Below, in pieces: positions 26,432 through 32,555 of a stretch of 32,555 nucleotides of DNA (the stretch's first letter is position 1; each line of letters opens with the position of its first letter). A model generated the notes under the pieces. The model did no database searches. It had not been told where the DNA came from and saw only the letters and a program-made list of their open reading frames with translations. Source of the DNA: Candidatus Micrarchaeota archaeon (lineage in GTDB: Archaea; Micrarchaeota; Micrarchaeia; Norongarragalinales; SBBD01); assembly GCA_043806595.1 (NCBI GenBank), contig JAZDGU010000015.1, positions 1-32,555 on the forward strand, given 5' to 3'. The translations under genes and the position numbers were made by a program.

Positions 26432-27186
26432 GGCTTCTGTTGTCCGCGGTGCTCGTGATTTGCTTCGGCCTCGCGGTCATCGTCGGCTACGTCTCGACGC
26501 CCTCTTTCGCCCCCGCGGCCAAGCCGGCGTTCGCCCCGTCGGCGACTCCCCTGCCTCCGCAGTCCCCCACTTCGGTCTACGCCGTCACCGTCAAGCTTCC
26601 CGCTGTGTCCAAGGCGGGCCAGGGCGCGCTCGCGGACTTCACCGCCTCCGCGGTTTCCGGCGGAGGCAAGCTCTTCCTGCGCTTCGACGAGGGCTCGCCG
26701 CTTACCAACCCCGACACGCAGTATTCCCTCCGCAACGCCTTCGACGTCGCGCGCAGGATTGCCGGCTCCTCCGCCTCGGGCTACGACGTGTACTTCATTT
26801 TCTCCGCCGACTCCGACGTCGTGGGAGGCCAGAGCGCGGGAGCGGCGATGGCCATCGCCACGCTGTCGGCGCTGACGCGCACGCCGCTCAAGGAAGGCGT
26901 GCTCATCACCGGCTCGCTGAACGCCGACGGCTCCATCGGCCGCGTGGGCAAGGTGCTCGCCAAGGCCCATGCGGCCAGGGCCGCGGGATACTCTACTTTG
27001 CTCGTCCCGGAGGGCGAGTCTCTCGAGATGAAGGAGGTGCAGAAGTGCAGGAGCGAGGTCGTCGACGGCACCGCCTACCAGACCTGCACGTCGGACGCTG
27101 TTGAAGTCGACGTCGGCTCGGAGACCGGCATGGAGGTAATCGAGGTCTCTGACGTCCGGCAGGCGTTCGACATCATGCGGGTTTAG
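26428..27186 (+). CDS. Membrane-anchored S16 (Lon protease C-terminal domain) serine protease
   Basis: VGGQSAGAAMAIA (Ser), ITGSLNADGSIGRVGKVLAK (Lys), LLVPEG. N-terminal TM; no AAA domain; ATGA overlap with the upstream gene. Confidence 0.9.
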   Translation: MRLLLSAVLVICFGLAVIVGYVSTPSFAPAAKPAFAPSATPLPPQSPTSVYAVTVKLPAVSKAGQGALADFTASAVSGGGKLFLRFDEGSPLTNPDTQYSLRNAFDVARRIAGSSASGYDVYFIFSADSDVVGGQSAGAAMAIATLSALTRTPLKEGVLITGSLNADGSIGRVGKVLAKAHAARAAGYSTLLVPEGESLEMKEVQKCRSEVVDGTAYQTCTSDAVEVDVGSETGMEVIEVSDVRQAFDIMRV

Positions 27187-27192
27187 CCCTCC

Positions 27193-27675
27193 TCATTTCT
27201 GTAAGCCATGGATATGCTTAAGCAGCCTCTCGAGGACGGCGCGTTCATCCGCAGCAAGCTCCTGCCCCTTTGGAACGAAGTTCGATTCCAGAACTGCATA
27301 GCCCTCGGTCTTGAGGTCGCTTCGTTCGGCGTAACCGAATTTCTCGAATTTCCGCATAAGTCTGGCCGACGGCACCTTTCCGAGATGGATGACCCTCTTT
27401 CCGGTATCGAATGACAGGCGTTCCATCACGCGCACGAACCGCGAAAGCAATTCGTTGCCAAAATTGTTCCCAGGGGGGAAGGCTTCCAGGTACGACCAGA
27501 GCTTGGACTGGTTTCTGAACCTGATTTCTGCGCCTCGTACATACGGAAGGGGTACCGTGTACGCCGCTTTCACTTCCTGCCGTGCGTCCCTCAGCTCCAT
27601 CCTGAATTTGATGGGGGGTACGCCCGGCTTCTCGTGCGGGACGCCTACGAAGTGCAGTGAAAAATTGGGTGGCAT
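27193..27675 (-). CDS. Hypothetical protein, possibly a degenerate GNAT fold
   Basis: Fills the gap, starting 4 nt after the ligase stop; PGNNFGNELL and KFEKFGY resemble GNAT motifs. Confidence 0.6.
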   Translation of the reverse strand: MPPNFSLHFVGVPHEKPGVPPIKFRMELRDARQEVKAAYTVPLPYVRGAEIRFRNQSKLWSYLEAFPPGNNFGNELLSRFVRVMERLSFDTGKRVIHLGKVPSARLMRKFEKFGYAERSDLKTEGYAVLESNFVPKGQELAADERAVLERLLKHIHGLQK

Positions 27676-27679
27676 GACG

Positions 27680-29662
27680 TCATCTCTGCCTCTGCATCTC
27701 GTACATCTCGAGCACTTCCTCTTCCGTCGTGGCGTCCTCGGGCCTCTTGTCCTTGCGCAGGCCGACCATGCGCGGGAACCTCAGCGCGAGGCCTTCCTCG
27801 CTGCCCTCCTTCTTGCCGGCGCTGTGCGTCGGGCTCCTCGAGATCTCGTCGGCGTTGACTTCGATGACCATCGCAGGCCGGACCCATACGTCCGCGCCGA
27901 TGACGCTGTCCACGTTCGCCGGCCTTTCCTTGACGGCAAGCTTCTCGAGCGCCGCCTGGAACTCCTGCATCTCCTTCTCCGTGAAGCCCGTGCCGACCTT
28001 CGCGATGCTCCGAAACCTGCGCCCCGCGGTGTCGTACACGGCGCAGAGCAGGCCGCCGAACTCGAACTGCGCGCGCTTGCCCTTGCCGAGGTAATACCCG
28101 ACGACCACTAGGTCGAAAGTGTCGGTCAGCTTGCCGTAGCTCTTCTTCAGCTTGATCCACGCGAATTTCCGGGCGCCGGCTGTGTACGGCGCTCTGAGGT
28201 CCTTGGCGATGATGCCCTCGAGGCCCTCGCCGACGCATTGCTCGAAGAACTTCTGGAGCTGGGCGCCGGTCTCCACGCGCACCGCCTCGGAAAGCCTGAG
28301 CATGCCCTCTCCATTGTGGATCAGCGCGGCGAGCGCCTTCCTCCTCTCGCCGTAAGGGACCCTCGTGTAATCCTTTCCGTCCGCGTAGAGCAGCTCGAAC
28401 GCGAAGAGGAGGAGGGGCAGCTCCCGGGCCTTCTCGCCGACGCCGTGCTTGCGCTTGCGCTGTATCGTGACCTGGAACGGGAGGAACCTATTCGCCTTCC
28501 CGTCGTACGCGATGGCCTCGCCCTCGAATATCGCCTCGCCAGCATGCAACTCGGCGCGCACGGCCTCGACGACGTCGGGGAACATGTGCGTCATCGGCTC
28601 CTGCCTGCGCGAGAAGATCCTCACTTCCCTGCCCTTCTTGTGCACCTGCAGCCTGAAGCCGTCGTATTTGCCCTCGGCCATGCACGGCCCGATTTTCTTG
28701 ACGATGTCGTCCGGCGTCAGCAGGCGTTCGGCTAGCGCGGGCCTGATTGGCGAGAAGACCGCGGGCTCGAGCTTGCCGACGTCGGCGGCGCGGCCGGCGC
28801 AGACCATCTCGGCGATCAGCCCGAGGTCCGAGCGCAGGTTGAATCCCCGCTCGAGCGTCTCGCGCCTTGCCCGCTTCTCCTCGAGGATGTCCAGGCGTAT
28901 TTTCCCTCCTTCCATGCCGGCGTACGCCGCCTTGATTTCCCGCCTCCCTGAAAGAACCGCCTCGGCGTTCTTCTTCACCTTCCCGAAATCCTCGTTCTTC
29001 GCGTCCGTTTCGACTGCGAGGAAAAGCCCGGCCTTGGCGCTCGAGACCGTCGTGCCCCCATGCCTGATGAAATGGCTCTTTTCCCCGACTGCGACCGAGG
29101 TGCATTCCCGCGCGTCCTGAAGCAGCCACACGAGCGCAAGGGCGTCGAGCATGGTCGGCTCGCCGATGCCCAGCCGCAGGCTGCCCTGCGCGAAGCGGAT
29201 GACCGCCTTCGCCTCCTGCGGCGACGAGTTGGCCAGCAGTTCCGCAAGCATTCCCACCTTCGAGTCCTGCGAGCCGCCGCCGGAGAGAGTCGCGATCCTG
29301 TGGAAGTTGGCATAAACCTTTTCCGTCGAAAGCGTCTGCACGGCGAGCATGCCCTGCGACTTTTTCGCAAGCAGCGCCTCCGCGGTTTCGCCGAGGTCGC
29401 CGGTCTTCCGGTACGCCGCCTCGACCTCCTTGACGCCCTTTCCGCTGACCTTCGAGACCGCCTGCTCGGCGAGCTTGTCCCCGACGCCCAGCTGGATGCC
29501 GGTGAATTCGGGCTCGACGATGCCCTGGCAGAGGTACGTCAGGTGCCTCGCCTCGGAAGGCTTCGCCTCGCAGAAAAGCTTCGCCAGCTCGGCGGCCAGC
29601 TCGAGCCTCGACGCGGTCTCCTCCATCTTGGCGAACACGCCGGCGAGCCTTGAGAAGTCCAT
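27680..29662 (-). CDS. lig: ATP-dependent DNA ligase (archaeal)
   Basis: EGKYDGFRLQVHK (motif I), IFSRR, EGEAIA, FAFELLY, EGIIAK, WIKLK, LALRFPR...R.DK. TTTAATAAA about 23 nt upstream of ATG 29662. Confidence 0.97.
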   Translation of the reverse strand: MDFSRLAGVFAKMEETASRLELAAELAKLFCEAKPSEARHLTYLCQGIVEPEFTGIQLGVGDKLAEQAVSKVSGKGVKEVEAAYRKTGDLGETAEALLAKKSQGMLAVQTLSTEKVYANFHRIATLSGGGSQDSKVGMLAELLANSSPQEAKAVIRFAQGSLRLGIGEPTMLDALALVWLLQDARECTSVAVGEKSHFIRHGGTTVSSAKAGLFLAVETDAKNEDFGKVKKNAEAVLSGRREIKAAYAGMEGGKIRLDILEEKRARRETLERGFNLRSDLGLIAEMVCAGRAADVGKLEPAVFSPIRPALAERLLTPDDIVKKIGPCMAEGKYDGFRLQVHKKGREVRIFSRRQEPMTHMFPDVVEAVRAELHAGEAIFEGEAIAYDGKANRFLPFQVTIQRKRKHGVGEKARELPLLLFAFELLYADGKDYTRVPYGERRKALAALIHNGEGMLRLSEAVRVETGAQLQKFFEQCVGEGLEGIIAKDLRAPYTAGARKFAWIKLKKSYGKLTDTFDLVVVGYYLGKGKRAQFEFGGLLCAVYDTAGRRFRSIAKVGTGFTEKEMQEFQAALEKLAVKERPANVDSVIGADVWVRPAMVIEVNADEISRSPTHSAGKKEGSEEGLALRFPRMVGLRKDKRPEDATTEEEVLEMYEMQRQR

Positions 29663-29708
29663 GCCAAATTGCACGCAGCCGGAATTTATTAAACGCTTTT
29701 TCCCGCGT

Positions 29709-31358
29709 TCAGATGCGCGAGACGTCGAAACCGTGTATGAGGCAGTTTGGCATCCTCTTCAGCGTGATTTCCTCCAGTTCCCCCATCCGCACGTCCGCCT
29801 CGAAAGGCGTGTAGCACATGCGCCTGACGGAAAGCACGCCCCTCGCCTGCCCGGCGTCCGTGACCGCGTCCCCCGACGAGTTCGTCAGCCCGAGGGACTC
29901 GGAGAACGCGAAGTCCACGAGCGCCCCGGGCACCGGTCTGCCTTCCTCATCTACCACCCTGAACTGCTTCGCTCCGAAGAATGCCTCCTCCCTTATCCTG
30001 TAGAGGCTGCAGCCGCATTCCGGAAACGCCTTGATCTTCGTCATGTTCTCCGGCGGATGCGAGTCGGGATACACGGCATAGCGAGTGTTGAACCAGAACA
30101 TCGCCCCGTTGTCCTCCTCAGTCTGCGTAGCCGAAAGCGCGGTCTTTCCCCCAAAGAACGCCGCCGCCATGTACCCCGGCGGAATTTCGCCGACGAGGAT
30201 CGAGTGCGTGTCCAACGCTCGGACTTCCTTCCACAAGGGCCACGCGCCCGGCCAGCTCCCGTCCTGCAGCACGATAAAGAGGCTGGTAGCCGCGAGATAC
30301 GCGGCAGCGACTGCGAACAGCATGTCCCTGTGCCGGAGTTTCTCCGCGAGCCATTCCACGCCCATCGCCGCGAGAAGCACAGCTGCGGGCACGAGCGGCA
30401 TCATGAAGCGCGCCTCCTTGTGCGCCGCGACGCTCATGAACCCGAGCACGGCGAGGCACCAGAGCCACAGCCAGAGGCCGTTTTTGTCCTCCTTCCTGCC
30501 GAGCGCGGAATACGCCCCTGCGACCAGCAGAACGGCTATTGGGATGGTCAGGGACGCCTGCACGTCCGTCACGTACCATTCCACTGGCATCCTCGGGTCC
30601 CAGTCGTACTCGCCCTTGAATATGGGGAAGAGGTAGCTCTCCAGCGGCGGTGCTGCATTCGCCTGCCGATAAAGGAGGTACGGGGAAAAGACCGCCAAGG
30701 CAATGATGCCGGCAATTGCAAGCGGCTTGGCGAAATCCTTGAATCCCCTTGCCGAAGCAATTCTCCCTCCCGCATAAACGAGCTGGATCAGACCGATTAC
30801 GGGAATCGCGAGCAGCATCGTGGACTTCGTCAGCAGGCCTAAGCCCAGCAGCACCCCGGCTGCAGCGGCATAACGCATTCTCCCGGTCTTATTGAACTTC
30901 AGCCAGCAGTACGGGATGGCCGCGAAGAAGAAAAGCACCGCACTCTCGTGCATCACGCGGTCCGCATGCTCCCAGACGAGCGGCATCGCGCCAAGCATGA
31001 CCGTCGCCCAGAACGCGGTCTTCTCCCCCGACACCTCCGCGGCAAGTTTGTAGAAGAATACCACCGCGAGCGCGGCGAACGCCAGCACGACGGCCTGCCC
31101 GGCAATATAGAGGTCGCCGCCCGTCAGAAGGCTGGTGCCGGCGACGAGGTAGTTGAAGAGCGGCGGGTGCTGCCAGTAGGCGACGTCCTCGAATGCGGGC
31201 ACTCCGGTCTGCAGGATTCCGCGCGCGACCATGAGGTTGCGCAGCTGGTCGTAGCTGTTGGAATACTGGTCCGACGTGGCCGCGTAGGCGGCAACAAATA
31301 CGATGGCAAGTATTACGGCCTCATGCTTTCTCAGGAATTCCTTCACTGGGAAAGCCAT
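29709..31358 (-). CDS. GT-C glycosyltransferase (GT39/ArnT, PMT_2-like) with C-terminal beta domain
   Basis: YD, QHPPLFNYL, HE, GLGLLTKST, HKEARFMMP, many TMs; C-terminal VVDEEGRPVPGALV prealbumin-like strand pattern. Confidence 0.88.
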   Translation of the reverse strand: MAFPVKEFLRKHEAVILAIVFVAAYAATSDQYSNSYDQLRNLMVARGILQTGVPAFEDVAYWQHPPLFNYLVAGTSLLTGGDLYIAGQAVVLAFAALAVVFFYKLAAEVSGEKTAFWATVMLGAMPLVWEHADRVMHESAVLFFFAAIPYCWLKFNKTGRMRYAAAAGVLLGLGLLTKSTMLLAIPVIGLIQLVYAGGRIASARGFKDFAKPLAIAGIIALAVFSPYLLYRQANAAPPLESYLFPIFKGEYDWDPRMPVEWYVTDVQASLTIPIAVLLVAGAYSALGRKEDKNGLWLWLWCLAVLGFMSVAAHKEARFMMPLVPAAVLLAAMGVEWLAEKLRHRDMLFAVAAAYLAATSLFIVLQDGSWPGAWPLWKEVRALDTHSILVGEIPPGYMAAAFFGGKTALSATQTEEDNGAMFWFNTRYAVYPDSHPPENMTKIKAFPECGCSLYRIREEAFFGAKQFRVVDEEGRPVPGALVDFAFSESLGLTNSSGDAVTDAGQARGVLSVRRMCYTPFEADVRMGELEEITLKRMPNCLIHGFDVSRI

Positions 31359-31765
31359 TTCTCCCACCAGAGGGCGTAGCTCTTGAGCACGTCCGAGAAC
31401 TCGGGAGAGAGCGCAAGCGGTTTGCTCTTCTCCGCCGCGAGCACGAGGCCCGAGCGCTGCAGCGCGAGCACCAGAAGGTAGAGCGTGCTCTTCTTCGCGC
31501 CGAGCGACTTCTGCAGCTCCATGAACGTCTTCGGCCCCTGCTTGAGAGCCTCGAGCACGGCGACCGCGAGCTCCTTCTTCGTCTGCGAGAACGCGAACGA
31601 GTTGGTGATGAAGTCGTAGATGGTGAACTGCGCCGAGCCCAGCTTTGCGAGGTCCTCGCCGCGGATGCGGAAGTGCGCGTACGCCTGCGACTTCTGCCTG
31701 TTGTAGTGCTCGCGCGTCCTCCCGTCGCGTTTTCCGTTTGCCGGTCGCACCTCGGGAACCTCCAT
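31343..31765 (-). CDS. Winged helix-turn-helix DNA-binding protein
   Basis: VLEALKQGPKTFMELQKSLGAKKSTLYLLVLALQRSGLV. Confidence 0.8.
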   Translation of the reverse strand: MEVPEVRPANGKRDGRTREHYNRQKSQAYAHFRIRGEDLAKLGSAQFTIYDFITNSFAFSQTKKELAVAVLEALKQGPKTFMELQKSLGAKKSTLYLLVLALQRSGLVLAAEKSKPLALSPEFSDVLKSYALWWEKWLSQ

Positions 31766-31771
31766 TGGAAT

Positions 31772-32554
31772 CTAGACCCCGAAGAAGATGCGGAACGCGT
31801 CCCGGATGCCGGGCGCGAGCCCGAAGATGGTGATGAGAAGGAGCAGGTAGACGTGCTCGCCCTTGTCCTTGACCTCCCGCCGGACTATGAATATCACCGC
31901 GAGCACGAACAGCATCTTCAATATATAGAACGCGAACGGAGTGCCGAAGGCTTCGAATATAGTGTTCGCCACGAGGTGCTGCTCGCCGTAGCCGGCGAAG
32001 TTGACGCCCACGAAGGTCGCCGCGCCGTCCAGCGCCTGAGAGAATACCGTGAACTGCTCCATTCGCCGCAATTCCTCCCTCGCGCCCTTGTTGTACCAGC
32101 GCTTGATGAGCTCAAATAGCAGCGGCGGCACTAGTGCGAGCAGGATCATGTAGAACAGGAAGGAGACGCCCTCGCTGCCGACGGCCGGCCCGAGTTCCTT
32201 CATCAGCCAGACGAACACGAGCGCGGCGAGCGCGGCGCCGAGCAGCTGCGTTCTGGAGTAGACCTTCTCCTTCTTCGCCCCCGTCAGTCTGACCGCCGCG
32301 TAGCAGCAGGCTACCACGACGAACGTCAGCACGTAGATTCCGGGCGTGACGAACGGGTGAAGCTCCATTCCCTCTATGTAAATCAGGCGGGGCAGGAGGC
32401 CGCCGTCCTGCGCGACGCGCAGCAGCCCGCCGAACGCTATGAACGGCAGCAGCGCGTAGTAGAACCTCTTGTCAAGCGGAAACTTGTATCTCTGCAGCAG
32501 CCTGAAGATGACGTAGACGGCGATGAGCGCGATTATCGCGTACGCCGCGGTGTT
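31772..32554 (-). CDS. DUF63 family membrane protein (5' end beyond window)
   Basis: Frame is open to the window edge (NTAAYA...LLPFIAFGGLLRVAQD); VTPGIY, LDGAATFVG...YGEQH, GLAPGIRD. Confidence 0.88.
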   Translation of the reverse strand, partial: NTAAYAIIALIAVYVIFRLLQRYKFPLDKRFYYALLPFIAFGGLLRVAQDGGLLPRLIYIEGMELHPFVTPGIYVLTFVVVACCYAAVRLTGAKKEKVYSRTQLLGAALAALVFVWLMKELGPAVGSEGVSFLFYMILLALVPPLLFELIKRWYNKGAREELRRMEQFTVFSQALDGAATFVGVNFAGYGEQHLVANTIFEAFGTPFAFYILKMLFVLAVIFIVRREVKDKGEHVYLLLLITIFGLAPGIRDAFRIFFGV

Positions 32555-32555
32555 G

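Noticed and set aside
28883..29125. Mini-intein in DNA ligase
   Set aside because: A Cys is present near the start, but there is no TxxH block or terminal HN followed by C/S/T.
29349..30842. Long plus-strand ORF (497 aa) and similar antisense ORFs throughout
   Set aside because: Shadows of high-GC genes on the opposite strand; no motifs.

Overview
GC-rich, gene-dense archaeal chromosomal segment. Archaeal markers are uL16/L10e, uS15, eS1/S3Ae, EF-1beta, Sm/Lsm, CarS, an ATP-dependent DNA ligase, TATA-box promoters and tRNAs lacking an encoded CCA. The compact layout and gene mix suggest a DPANN lineage such as Micrarchaeota, but this is inference. About 35 CDSs cover DNA repair (Ogg1-type glycosylase, DUF99, ligase), metabolism (nadE, malic enzyme, glmS-glmU, pyrF, rpe), translation and cell-surface biogenesis (signal peptidase I, CarS, archaeosortase, S16 protease, GT-C glycosyltransferase, several C-terminally anchored surface proteins). 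There are two tRNAs, Ala-GGC and Val-GAC. No transposase, integrase or CRISPR array was seen. The most interesting parts are: (1) a ~1 kb strand-skewed, partly AT-rich non-coding region with inverted and direct repeats, followed by three winged-helix genes, DUF2226 and MinD, a candidate origin/centromere-like chromosome-organisation locus; (2) a carS-archaeosortase-S16 protease operon, with nearby anchored proteins sharing a TPI-TM-RMR tail; (3) an 84-nt structured intergenic element with a possible kissing loop; (4) a gene starting 2 nt after tRNA-Val; (5) an ~80-aa insertion in DNA ligase. All family assignments come from recognising motifs by eye; no searches were run.
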